Assembly: GCA_017610205.1 (NCBI GenBank)
Contig: JAFCCL010000004.1
Span: forward strand, 58,220 to 122,219
DNA length: 64,000 nucleotides
Reading direction: 5' to 3'
DNA from: Candidatus Iainarchaeum sp.
GTDB lineage: Archaea; Iainarchaeota; Iainarchaeia; Iainarchaeales; GCA-2688035
The translations under genes and the position numbers were made by a program. Below are positions 47,559-57,292 of the stretch, piece by piece. Every line of letters starts with the position of its first letter. Positions within the stretch are counted from its first letter, which is position 1. The notes beneath the pieces are model-generated. The model did no database searches. It had not been told where the DNA came from and saw nothing but the letters and a program-made list of their open reading frames with translations.

Positions 47559-50501
47559 ATGCCACCGATTAAAAAAATGCCCGAAGAAAAAGACAAAAAT
47601 AGCGAAGAAAACGCCTGGAAGAACTATCTTTCATCCATTGAAAAAAAGCCGCAAAAACCTGCAAAAAAAGGCGTTTCAATAGGTCAAAGATTCAAAATAT
47701 TTCTAAAAAAGGTTGGAATTGGAAAGTCAAAAAAAGGCAGCGGAGAAGAAATAAAAAAACAAATTGAAATTTCAGCAAAAGAAGCAAGAGAAAGAACAGC
47801 CACAGCAATCACCAAAAAAAGAGCCGCTGGCAAAAGCAGTTATGACAAGCCTGCGGCAAAAAGCATTTATGAAAAGAAACCAAGTTATGAAAAACCAACA
47901 ATTGCCACAAAGCCAATTTTTGAAAAACTAAAAGGAAAAATTTCCGAAAAAAAAGAAAAAAAACCTGCTCTAAAAATTGAAAAAGGTTATGTTGATAAAA
48001 AAAGTTTTCCAAGCAGAATGGAAAAATATATTAGCAAAATAGAAGAGAAACAGGCGGAGAAAAAAAAAGTAGAAACATTTGAAAAACTGCTTGAAGAAAA
48101 AAGAATTGAAGAAAAACAAAAAGAAAGAAAGAAAGTAGAAAAGTTTGAAAAACTGCTTGAAGAAAAAAGAATAGCTGAAGAAAAGAAAAAAAGGTTTGTG
48201 AAAAAGGCAGGAAAAGCCATTCCTAAAAAAATTTCAAAGACAGTAAAAAAGAAAAAAGAAAAAAAGGAATACGGTGTTTCAAAAAAGATTTCCTTTATGC
48301 CAAAAGTCAAAAAGAAAAAGGCAGCAAAGGAAAAAAAGACCAACGCTGTTCCTTTAACAAAAGTAAAACAGGAAGAAGCTGAACGCGAAAAAACTGTTAA
48401 AGCATTTTTTAAGGAAGAACCAAGCATTGCAAAAAAATCTGTTGAAGAAATAAAAAAGTTGACACCAAAGCAGATAAAAAAAGAGGTAAATAATGAAAAA
48501 ATTGAAAAAAAAGCAAGAGGCTGGTATGGAGATTCTTTGAAACACAAAAAGGCAGCAGTATCAGGATGGCGGCTTAGAAAAAAAATAAAACTGCACCAGC
48601 TGAAGAAAAAAGAAAAAACTAAACCACTCACAGCCAAAGAAAAAAAGGCAAAGAAAAAACTTATTTACGAAGACAGAGAACTCAGATTAAAGGTACAGGA
48701 GCTTGACCAAAAAATCAAGTCTTTGAAAAAGATTTCAAAGAAAAAAAACAAGGAAAGCAAGGATTTTGAAAAAAAAATAAAAGCCGTCGGGATAAAAATT
48801 TCAAAAGGCGAGATAAAGGGTGTTGAAAAAGTAGAGGTTGCTCCAACAAGAAAAGAAGACATGCGGCAAGTTGTTGGGGTAATGAAAAAAATTGCCAGCG
48901 AAATGGCTATGGCTGCATCAAGCCAAAAATTTCCCACAATTGGAAAAAAAGATGCAACAGCACCAATTGAGGACCTTATAAAAGCCCGGGAAAAACTCAT
49001 CAAAAATCTTGAAAGGGCATTTTACAAAAGAAAAATTGACTTTAATCAGTTCAGAGAAAAAATGTTTGATTACCAATCCAAACTAACCGAACTTAAAATC
49101 AATAAAAAAATGCGTGACGAAAGAATTGCTAACATGAGCCCTGAAGAAAGGCAATTAATGAAAGAACAAGCCGCAGGCAAAAAAAAAATAACAGGAGTTG
49201 GTCTGACTCAAAAAACTGCTGAAGCACTGGAAAAGATGACAACAGAAAAGCAAAAAAAGGGACTTGAAGAAAAGACTGCTGAAGCAATAAAAAAGCTTTC
49301 TGAAAAAGAAACAGAAAGAGGGGGAAGAGAAACTGAAGAAAAAAAGTTTGTTAAAAAAACAGCTTCAGCACTTGAAAAAATTGCAACCAAACTAGGAAGT
49401 GTTCGAGAAAAACCATATAGAGCAACAGGCAGAATTCCAACAGCAAAATCTAAAGAAATTGTTTCAAAGGCAAGGCCTGTACAACCACAGACTATTTATA
49501 CAGGGCCTGTTTATGTAGGACCTGGACAAGCTCCACGTGCTCCAATAACTACTAGGCCAACTATAGTAAAAGGCAGGAACAAAAAGAAAGGGGCAAAAGC
49601 ACAGCCAATGCAACGTGCGCCACCATATACAGGCCAGGGATATTCAGGACAAGTTCAACCATATCCCGCTCCTCCAGCATATGTTCCAACAGCAGGAAAA
49701 AAAGTAAAAGGTAAAAGGACCATGATTGGAGTTACACCACAGGCCACTGCTGAACAAGAAACAGCATATCAAAGACAGTTTGAACACCCAGAAAGAAGAA
49801 TGAAGGGAATGCCAAAACCTGCTGCTGATTTTTATGACAAAGAGCCAGTAAGGAAAAAAGGATTTTTAGGAAAACTTAAGGAAAGGGTTGCTTATGGAAA
49901 AAAACCTGTTGCTAAAGAAGTTAATAGAGCAGTAAGAGAAAAAATCTCTGATGCATCAACTTCAATTAGCAAAAAACAGGTTGACGAAGTTGAGCAAAAG
50001 CTTAGTAATTTGGTTAAAAAATACAATATTCCAAAGCAGACAATGGAAGCACACATAAAAACGCTTGACAGCAACAGGCTTTTAAGCGATTTTCACAAGC
50101 TAATAAACCTAATTGAAACAAAAAAGGGATTGAAAACAAACGGAATTATAAAGCCTGCAACAGGATTTGATATAAATGCAGGAGTTATTTCAAAGAAAAA
50201 AGAACGCCTTGTTGGAAAAGAAAAAGAAATCAGAAGAGCAAGGATTGAAACATCGTTTGACAGGGTTCTTACTCTTGTTCAATTAAAAGGCATTATAAAT
50301 GTAAAGGACGCTGCACAACAGCTTGGAATGAAGAAAAAAGAACTGCAGGACTGTGCCGAAATTCTTGAAAGAAGCAACCTAATAAAGCTAAATTATCCGC
50401 CAATAGGTCCAATAAAACTTATTTACCCAGATTACCTTAAATGGAAGATTGCTGAAAAGAAAAAAAAGCGCGAAATGAAAAAGAAGAAGAAGGGATTGTA
50501 A
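47559..50501 (+). CDS. Very Lys-rich low-complexity protein with C-terminal winged-helix-like domain, upstream of the pilus ATPase
   Basis: 980-aa ORF with an internal 22-aa repeat and C-terminal IETSFDRVL.LV...I.V.DAA..LG......AEILE...LIKLNYP. Its stop overlaps the ATPase start. Confidence 0.75.
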   Translation: MPPIKKMPEEKDKNSEENAWKNYLSSIEKKPQKPAKKGVSIGQRFKIFLKKVGIGKSKKGSGEEIKKQIEISAKEARERTATAITKKRAAGKSSYDKPAAKSIYEKKPSYEKPTIATKPIFEKLKGKISEKKEKKPALKIEKGYVDKKSFPSRMEKYISKIEEKQAEKKKVETFEKLLEEKRIEEKQKERKKVEKFEKLLEEKRIAEEKKKRFVKKAGKAIPKKISKTVKKKKEKKEYGVSKKISFMPKVKKKKAAKEKKTNAVPLTKVKQEEAEREKTVKAFFKEEPSIAKKSVEEIKKLTPKQIKKEVNNEKIEKKARGWYGDSLKHKKAAVSGWRLRKKIKLHQLKKKEKTKPLTAKEKKAKKKLIYEDRELRLKVQELDQKIKSLKKISKKKNKESKDFEKKIKAVGIKISKGEIKGVEKVEVAPTRKEDMRQVVGVMKKIASEMAMAASSQKFPTIGKKDATAPIEDLIKAREKLIKNLERAFYKRKIDFNQFREKMFDYQSKLTELKINKKMRDERIANMSPEERQLMKEQAAGKKKITGVGLTQKTAEALEKMTTEKQKKGLEEKTAEAIKKLSEKETERGGRETEEKKFVKKTASALEKIATKLGSVREKPYRATGRIPTAKSKEIVSKARPVQPQTIYTGPVYVGPGQAPRAPITTRPTIVKGRNKKKGAKAQPMQRAPPYTGQGYSGQVQPYPAPPAYVPTAGKKVKGKRTMIGVTPQATAEQETAYQRQFEHPERRMKGMPKPAADFYDKEPVRKKGFLGKLKERVAYGKKPVAKEVNRAVREKISDASTSISKKQVDEVEQKLSNLVKKYNIPKQTMEAHIKTLDSNRLLSDFHKLINLIETKKGLKTNGIIKPATGFDINAGVISKKKERLVGKEKEIRRARIETSFDRVLTLVQLKGIINVKDAAQQLGMKKKELQDCAEILERSNLIKLNYPPIGPIKLIYPDYLKWKIAEKKKKREMKKKKKGL
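48066..48175 (+). repeat. Intragenic 66-bp tandem repeat (KVExFEKLLEEKRI)
   Basis: AAAGTAGAAA..TTTGAAAAACTGCTTGAAGAAAAAAGAAT at 48066 and 48132. Confidence 0.8.
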
Positions 50502-53500
50502 TGGTTGAAGATTTTGAAAGGAAAGAAGAGCTGAAAAAGGCAAAGGTTATTGAAACATATGCAATCAAGGTTGAAAACGTTGACCTCGAAGTCAACATAA
50601 TTGATGATGAAAAAGCATTTGTAAGGCGTTATTTCCTAAACTTTCCGGCATATGGACCTGGCACAACTGCATTGCTTAACAATTTAAGAGGAAGCATTTT
50701 AAGCGATAGCTCAGTAGGGCTTACAAGAGACAGCGGCAAAAAAAGCATGATGCATACAAGGAAAAAATTCAGGGAAAAAGCAGAAAGACTTCTTGGAAAA
50801 GAATATGGAATTCCTGAAGACGCAAAAAATCAACTTATTGCAATTCTTTTAAACGAAATGCTTGGTCTTGGAAAAATAGAATTTTTGCTTTCAGACCCAA
50901 ACCTTGAAGAAATTGTTGTAAACAGCAGCAAAACACCTGTGTGGGTTTACCACAAAAAATACGGGTGGCTTCTTACAAACATAAAAATGAAGAATGAGGA
51001 GGAAACAGAAAACTACAGCAGCATAATTGCAAGAAGAATTGGAAAACAAATAACAATACTTAATCCATTACTTGACGCACACCTTGTTACAGGAGACAGG
51101 GCAAATGCAACATTGTTCCCTATTTCAAGTGCCGGAAACACAATCACAATCAGAAAATTCAGACGTGAACCATGGACACTAACAGATTTCATAAACAACA
51201 AAACAGCAACAACAGAAGTAATGGCATTGATATGGCTCATAATTGAATATGAAATGAACATGATTGTATCAGGAGGAACAGGTTCAGGAAAAACAAGTTT
51301 TTTGAATGTCTGTGTTCCATTTATCCAGCCAAACCACAGAATACTAACTATTGAAGACACAAGAGAGCTTATGCTGCCGCCGTTTCTGCACTGGGTTCCG
51401 CTGACAACAAGAGAACCTAATCCCGAAGGAAAAGGAGGGGTCTGCCTCTACCCTGGAACATGGTTTGTTGCTGGCAATGGTGAAATAAACGAGATATCAG
51501 AATACGTGGAAAAACGGCTTGAAAGCAGGCCAACACAAAAAATGGAGTCAAACGTTCTGGCAGCAGAAGGAAAAAACGACACTGTTCTGGCAGGAGACCC
51601 AAAAAAAATGGATTACAAACGCGAAAAAATCGGCTTTGTGTCAAGAGTAACAGAAAGGGAATTTGTTTGCAGAGTAGAATGCGAAAACGGAGAAACTATG
51701 GTGTTAACAGAAAACACTAAGCTGCCGGTTGTTGGAAAAAACGGAAAAATTGAATTGCTTACGCCAAAAGAGATAAAGCAGGGGCAGTATTACTTACCTG
51801 CTTTCACAAAAATTGATGTAGAGGGAAGCGTTCAAGAAATAAACACGTTGAAGTTGTTTGCAGAAGGCGAGTTTTATGCTATTGGCAAGCTTGACTTGTT
51901 TTTGGACTTGCTTAGAGAACAAAAAGAAAAGGGCCTGACCCTCAAGGAAATAGCAAAAAAATGCAGAATGAAAAGGCAGGCATTCAATTGGTACAAGAAA
52001 ACAGGAATTGTAAGACTAAGTGTGTTGAAAAAACTTGTTGAAGAAAGCAAGCTAATGACCCTAGAACAACTGGAAAAAGAGATTACCCACCTAAAAGCAA
52101 GAGGGTGGGGTGCAAAGACAGTAACAATACCAAAATTCATTGACGAAGACCTGGCATACCTTGCAGGTTTTGTGTTAGCAGAAAAAACCATTGGCAAAAA
52201 CGGCATACACATTGCGCAAAAAAATGAACTGCCAGAAATAGAACGCCTTGTTGAAAAGATATTTGGCATTAAGCTAATCTGCAAAAAGAAAGAGTACAAC
52301 TATTACAGGATTCTTTCCCAAATTGTCACAAAAATAATGGTTGAAGTCTTCGGGGCAACGAAATCAAAGAAAATAAGGGTTCCAAAGTGCATTATGCGAA
52401 GCCCAAACAAGGCAATAGCATCGTTTTTGGCAGGATACATTGATGGAGATGGCACAGTTGGCAAAAGACGCGTTTCCTTGGCCACAGGAAACAAGGAAGC
52501 TGCAATAGAATTCAAGTATCTCTTAACAAGGCTGGGCATCTGGAGTAGAATCCAGCAGGCAAAAAGGGCTTGGCTTGTAAACATTTGCACAAGAGAAGAT
52601 GTGGCAAAATCATGCAAAGAAATTACGTTCAGGCTGGAAAAAAACGATGCAAAGGCAAACGAAGTGAAAAAGACCAAGTATGGGTTCAACACCAAAAGAA
52701 ACAGGATTCCGGCAATGCTTCTGCACTCCTACCTGAAAAGCCTAATGGCACCACTAAACACTGAAGAGAAAATGAAACACTTTTACCACACAACAGATAA
52801 TCAAACAAGCGTCCCAAAAGGTTATCTGCAAAAAACACTAATGCACTCAAAACTCTCAGAAAAACAGCTTGCCAACCTTCAATTGTTCCTAAGAGAAGAC
52901 CTGGAATTTGTCAAAATAACAGGTGTGAAAATAACCAAAAACCTGAAAAATATTCCAAGCTATGATGTTACGCCGGAAAAATCAACCTATTTCATTGCAG
53001 GAATAAACAACCTGACACTTGTCATGGACACAATGCTTGACCTGCTTGTAAACAGCCTTAGGATGAGACCTGACAGAATAATTGTCGGAGAAATAAGGCG
53101 TCAGGCAGAAGCAGAGGTAATGTTTGAAGCAATGCACACAGGACACAGCGTTTACACAACATTCCACGCAAATACTGCAGATGAAACAATTAGAAGATTT
53201 ATCAATCCGCCAGTAAGCGTGCCGTCAACAATGCTTGAAGCCGTTCACTTAAACATTGTAATGTTCAGAAACAGAAGACTGGGAGTTAGAAGAATACTTC
53301 AGGTTGCAGAATTCATTCCTGAAAGAAGGGGCGACAAAGAAATAGTAAAAGCAAACGTGCTTTACAGATGGCGTGGAAGTGATGATAAGATTGTGCCACA
53401 CGGGGAAAGCATAAGGTTGTTTGACGAGCTTTCATTGCACACTGGTTTTAGCCGAAACGAAATAAATGAAGAGTTGAAGAAAAAAGAAAAAGTAATTGAA

Positions 53501-53659
53501 TGGATGCTTAAATTCAATGTAAGGAACGTAATTGATGTTGGCAGAATTATAGCAAAATATTACAGGGATTCTGAAGATGTTATGAACATGGTTCAAAAAG
53601 GAACTCCTTTCAAAAAGAAAACAGATGAACCAAAAAAAGAAAGCAATCAATGGAAATAA
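50501..53659 (+). CDS. Type IV pilus/T2SS assembly ATPase (VirB11/TadA/FlaI-like), intein-containing
   Basis: Walker A GGTGSGKT, Asp box TIEDTREL, Walker B LRMRPDRIIVGEIR and His box TGHSVYTTFHA. A 529-aa insertion lies between the Asp box and Walker B. Confidence 0.95.
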   Translation: MVEDFERKEELKKAKVIETYAIKVENVDLEVNIIDDEKAFVRRYFLNFPAYGPGTTALLNNLRGSILSDSSVGLTRDSGKKSMMHTRKKFREKAERLLGKEYGIPEDAKNQLIAILLNEMLGLGKIEFLLSDPNLEEIVVNSSKTPVWVYHKKYGWLLTNIKMKNEEETENYSSIIARRIGKQITILNPLLDAHLVTGDRANATLFPISSAGNTITIRKFRREPWTLTDFINNKTATTEVMALIWLIIEYEMNMIVSGGTGSGKTSFLNVCVPFIQPNHRILTIEDTRELMLPPFLHWVPLTTREPNPEGKGGVCLYPGTWFVAGNGEINEISEYVEKRLESRPTQKMESNVLAAEGKNDTVLAGDPKKMDYKREKIGFVSRVTEREFVCRVECENGETMVLTENTKLPVVGKNGKIELLTPKEIKQGQYYLPAFTKIDVEGSVQEINTLKLFAEGEFYAIGKLDLFLDLLREQKEKGLTLKEIAKKCRMKRQAFNWYKKTGIVRLSVLKKLVEESKLMTLEQLEKEITHLKARGWGAKTVTIPKFIDEDLAYLAGFVLAEKTIGKNGIHIAQKNELPEIERLVEKIFGIKLICKKKEYNYYRILSQIVTKIMVEVFGATKSKKIRVPKCIMRSPNKAIASFLAGYIDGDGTVGKRRVSLATGNKEAAIEFKYLLTRLGIWSRIQQAKRAWLVNICTREDVAKSCKEITFRLEKNDAKANEVKKTKYGFNTKRNRIPAMLLHSYLKSLMAPLNTEEKMKHFYHTTDNQTSVPKGYLQKTLMHSKLSEKQLANLQLFLREDLEFVKITGVKITKNLKNIPSYDVTPEKSTYFIAGINNLTLVMDTMLDLLVNSLRMRPDRIIVGEIRRQAEAEVMFEAMHTGHSVYTTFHANTADETIRRFINPPVSVPSTMLEAVHLNIVMFRNRRLGVRRILQVAEFIPERRGDKEIVKANVLYRWRGSDDKIVPHGESIRLFDELSLHTGFSRNEINEELKKKEKVIEWMLKFNVRNVIDVGRIIAKYYRDSEDVMNMVQKGTPFKKKTDEPKKESNQWK
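51443..53029 (+). mobile_element. Intein with LAGLIDADG homing endonuclease and atypical splice motifs
   Basis: Begins CLYPGT. Endonuclease blocks LAYLAGFVLAE and FLAGYIDGDG, block F SYDVT. Ends FIAG...LVMD|T. Removing it restores EGKGGV-TMLDLL. Confidence 0.9.
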
Positions 53660-53674
53660 GTTTATGAGTGAAAA

Positions 53675-54919
53675 ATGATGGCAAAAATTATTCCAATAGC
53701 TCCAATACCGCTTCCGATTCTCAATGCAATAAGTAAACCCTTTCAGCGTTTTAGCGCAAATATAGGAAAAATGTTTCCAAACCTTAAATTTCAATTAAGG
53801 CAGGCGGAAATTGGACTTAATGAAAAAGAATACGGCGCAATAATGATTTTTCTCATTATATTTTATACAATTTTCTTTGGAGGGCTGCTGAGCCTTGTCT
53901 TGGGAAAAATGATGCCGGAAAATGGAATTACTTTAGGAATAGGACTGGGCCTTTTTATGGGCGCAATGGTATTGGTACAGGTTATAATGTATCCAACCCT
54001 GATTGTAAGAAATAAGGTTAACAATGTTGAAAAAAATCTTGTTTTTGCTCTTCGTGCAATATTGGTACAGCTCAAAAGCGGAATTTCACTATTTGAGAGC
54101 ATGACAATGGTTGCAAGAGGAGATTATGGATTAATAAGCGAAGAATTTCAAAAAGCAGTGGATGAAATAAACACAGGAACTCCTGAACAGGAAGCTTTGG
54201 AAAGAATGAGTAAAAACAACCCAAGCCCGTTCTTGAGAAAATCCTTGTGGCAGATTGTAAACGGAATGAATGCAGGCGCAGACATAAGCGATATTTTGGC
54301 TGAAACCGTTAGCTCAATGTTAAGAGAGCAAAAAATTGCAATAAACAAATACGGTGCACAGCTTAGAGTACTAAGCCTGATGTACATGATGATTGGAGTA
54401 ATAATGCCTGCTTTAGGCGTTACCCTGCTTATAATACTTTTTACTTTTCCAATGGTTGGAGACGCTATTGCAAGACAGCCTCAATTAAATGATATTACGG
54501 CAATACTGCAGGATGTTATTCCTGGAGAAACATATATGCAAGGCAATTACATAACCAACCTTGGAGGAAAACAGGATTATTCAGGAGAAGAGCTTAAAAT
54601 AAAGGTTGAAAAAATTGAGGGAAAGAGTGCACTGCTTATTCTTATGAGCAAAGATGGCAAGACAATTGAGGGAAAAACCGTTTACGATATTGAACTAAAT
54701 TTGCGTGACGAATTCAAATCATCAAACGATATAACCCTTTTTGGAGAAAGCTTAAAGGTAAAATCTATTGGCAAAAATCTCTTTGGAGAGGACCAGATTG
54801 AAATAACAAGAATTGAGCCAACCCACCTTATTTTTTGGGGGCTTTTGGGATTGGTTGCAGTAATGGAATTTATGTACATTGGCATTATTAAAAGCAGGAG
54901 ACCAAGTATTATAGGGTGA
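53675..54919 (+). CDS. TadB/TadC-like type II secretion system F domain protein with inserted soluble domain
   Basis: L.FALR.I..QLKSGISL, GDYG.ISEEF..AV.EINTG and C-terminal IKSRRP. Confidence 0.9.
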   Translation: MMAKIIPIAPIPLPILNAISKPFQRFSANIGKMFPNLKFQLRQAEIGLNEKEYGAIMIFLIIFYTIFFGGLLSLVLGKMMPENGITLGIGLGLFMGAMVLVQVIMYPTLIVRNKVNNVEKNLVFALRAILVQLKSGISLFESMTMVARGDYGLISEEFQKAVDEINTGTPEQEALERMSKNNPSPFLRKSLWQIVNGMNAGADISDILAETVSSMLREQKIAINKYGAQLRVLSLMYMMIGVIMPALGVTLLIILFTFPMVGDAIARQPQLNDITAILQDVIPGETYMQGNYITNLGGKQDYSGEELKIKVEKIEGKSALLILMSKDGKTIEGKTVYDIELNLRDEFKSSNDITLFGESLKVKSIGKNLFGEDQIEITRIEPTHLIFWGLLGLVAVMEFMYIGIIKSRRPSIIG

Positions 54920-55929
54920 AAAAAATGGGCATATACCGACGAATTGCAACTTTTGTTCCCTTAAATATAAAAAACGCTTTTGAACGCGAGCTTCGGTATG
55001 TTGGAATAGACGTTGAAGGAAAAAAGTTTGTTGGGTTTATAGTAATATTCGGCATTGGAATGGCACTTGCTGTTACAATAAACGGATGGCTTTTTTGGGG
55101 GTTTTCACCAATAATTACATTCATTATAACATTTGCAGCAGTTGTTGGCGGAATCTATTTTGTTATAAGCCAGGCGGCTGAAAAGGAAGGAAAAACAGTT
55201 GAACGAATTTTGCCGGATGTGTTTGAGCTTATTTCAAGCAATGTAAAATCAGGGCTTACAACTGAACGAGCATTGTTTGCAGCAGCAAGACCTGAATTTG
55301 GAGCCATTTCAAAGGAACTAAAAACTGCAAGCAGGGAAATAATGTCCGGAAAAAGAATGGATTATGCATTAATGGAAATTCCTTTAAGAATTAAAAGCAA
55401 GGTTCTTGAAAGAGGAATCTGGCTTTTGGTGCAGGGAATCAAAAGCGGGGGAGAGGTAGCAGGGCTTTTGCTTCAGCTAGGGTCAGACCTCAGGGAAGAA
55501 AATGCAATGAAGGACGAAATTTCAGCAAATGTCAGCATGTACATAATCCTTATTTTTGCCGCGGCATTGATAGGTGCTCCTCTTTTGTTTGGAATAAGCA
55601 GCATTATTGTAGGAATAATGGTGGAACAAACAGGAAGCATTAGCATTACACCAACAGAAATGTCAGAATACAGCTCACGAAGCCAGGTTGGAAGATTTAT
55701 GGGGCTTCCAACAGTAAACATTACTGAATCATTTATTGTGGGCTTTTCAACAATTGCACTGATTGTAACAGGAGTTTTTGCATCCTTAACAACAGGAGCA
55801 ATGGTTGCAGGAAGCGAAAAAGAGGGGGTTAAATACATTCCAATAATGGTAATCGGAGCCCTCGGCATATTCTTTGCAGTAAGAATAGTACTAGGCGGGT
55901 TGCTTGGCGGAATGGCAGGAATGATGTAA
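54916..55929 (+). CDS. TadC-like type II secretion system F domain protein
   Basis: LPDVFELISSNVKSGLT.ERAL..AARPEFG and SGGEVA.LL. Confidence 0.92.
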   Translation: MKKMGIYRRIATFVPLNIKNAFERELRYVGIDVEGKKFVGFIVIFGIGMALAVTINGWLFWGFSPIITFIITFAAVVGGIYFVISQAAEKEGKTVERILPDVFELISSNVKSGLTTERALFAAARPEFGAISKELKTASREIMSGKRMDYALMEIPLRIKSKVLERGIWLLVQGIKSGGEVAGLLLQLGSDLREENAMKDEISANVSMYIILIFAAALIGAPLLFGISSIIVGIMVEQTGSISITPTEMSEYSSRSQVGRFMGLPTVNITESFIVGFSTIALIVTGVFASLTTGAMVAGSEKEGVKYIPIMVIGALGIFFAVRIVLGGLLGGMAGMM

Positions 55930-56143
55930 CATCAAAGAAAAGTAAGCAAACAACTATGCCAATGTGCAGATTAAACTATCAACTATCTTATTAGCACAAC
56001 TTAATCTATAAGCCAACTTATCTTATTTGAACAAGCTTACCACTATTTGCATAAAAAGATAAAGAAAATGGCCTGCGGCAAGTGGCAAGCCTAAGTAAAA
56101 ATAAAAAAAAGAAGAAGAAAATAAAGCGATTTATTCAACCGCT

Positions 56144-56629
56144 TTATGCATCCATTGTTACAGTAGCACCCTGGCAAGTAATTGAAGCTGTTTGAACCAA
56201 TTGCGCAGAGTCAGTATATTGGATAGTGATTGTTGCTGTTGATGTATTATCACCAAGCGCCTTAGTGTTTGACAATATAGTAATTGGTGTGTTTCCAACA
56301 GGCAAATTCACAGTACCATCGTAGGTGGCGTTTGGAGTGGCATTAATAAAACCGGTTCCGTCTGTTGACATTGAAACATATTGTGCAACTCCACCAGTCA
56401 GATTAGTGATTACTATAGTACCAAGACTGTCAGTACCACCTACTGCTACGTTGGTTGCAAGGTTGTTTGATACAACGTTGATTTTTCCAGGACCACTGCT
56501 TGTACACTGTAAGCTTCCTGTAGGTGTTGCAACAATGAAGACCAATACTCCGACCACGATTGCAATTACAATCAATGCCCAGCCATAAGTCATCAAGTAT
56601 TCTAATGCTGCTTGTCCTCGTGAGTTCAT
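56144..56629 (-). CDS. Probable major type IV pilin
   Basis: SRG|QAALEYLMTYGWALIVIAIVVGVL, Thr/Gly-rich head, strong SD GGAGGT and its own upstream region next to the pilus locus. Confidence 0.85.
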   Translation of the reverse strand: MNSRGQAALEYLMTYGWALIVIAIVVGVLVFIVATPTGSLQCTSSGPGKINVVSNNLATNVAVGGTDSLGTIVITNLTGGVAQYVSMSTDGTGFINATPNATYDGTVNLPVGNTPITILSNTKALGDNTSTATITIQYTDSAQLVQTASITCQGATVTMDA

Positions 56630-56812
56630 CTTTTTTTACCTCCTATTGATTTTTTTAAATATTCAAAAATTTATCCCAATTAAACATTCTATGCTTTGCA
56701 TTGGGACCGAATTCTTCGTTATATAAGATGTATTTCTAGTTTAAAAAGCTTTCCTTGAGGGCTTGAGGCATTTAAATATATTGCCAAAACCTTTAGCAGT
56801 TGCACTCTGTGT

Positions 56813-57292
56813 TTACTTGAATTTTTTCTTTAAAGAAGATAAAACAACTTTGGGAACAAAACAATCAATCTTTCCATGCATTGAAGCAATTTCCTTTACC
56901 ATAGTGCTGTTCAAATGAAAATATTTTGGGCTTGTTGCAACAAAAACAGTTTCAAGTAAAGGCGCAAGCTTTCTGTTAACAATAGCCTGCTGAAATTCAA
57001 CCTCAAAATCTGAAAGCTCACGAAGACCCCTTACTATGGCACCAGCCTTTTCCTTTTTTGCAAAATCAACCAAAAGGCATGAAAAAGGCTTGACCTCAAT
57101 CCTGTTGAATCTGGCAGTGCATTGCTTGAGCAAGGCAACCCTTTCCTCCAACGAAAACAAAGGCTTTTTGCCGGACTTTGTAGTAACTGCAACAATAACT
57201 TTGTCAAACAATTTAAGACTGCGTTCAATTACATCAAGATGGCCAAGAGTAACAGGGTCAAATGTTCCAGGGTAAACAACAACGCGCTTCAT
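56813..57292 (-). CDS. coaD: Phosphopantetheine adenylyltransferase, bacterial type
   Basis: YPGTFDPVTLGH.D.I.R, KKPLFSLEER, IVRGLR..SDFE.E and SxxVKEIA. Confidence 0.96.
   Translation of the reverse strand: MKRVVVYPGTFDPVTLGHLDVIERSLKLFDKVIVAVTTKSGKKPLFSLEERVALLKQCTARFNRIEVKPFSCLLVDFAKKEKAGAIVRGLRELSDFEVEFQQAIVNRKLAPLLETVFVATSPKYFHLNSTMVKEIASMHGKIDCFVPKVVLSSLKKKFK

Noticed and set aside
55930-56143. Intergenic region with short AACT(T)ATCTTATT-like repeats; possible ncRNA
   Set aside because: The repeats are short and AT-rich with no convincing structure, so they cannot be distinguished from terminator-region noise between convergent genes.
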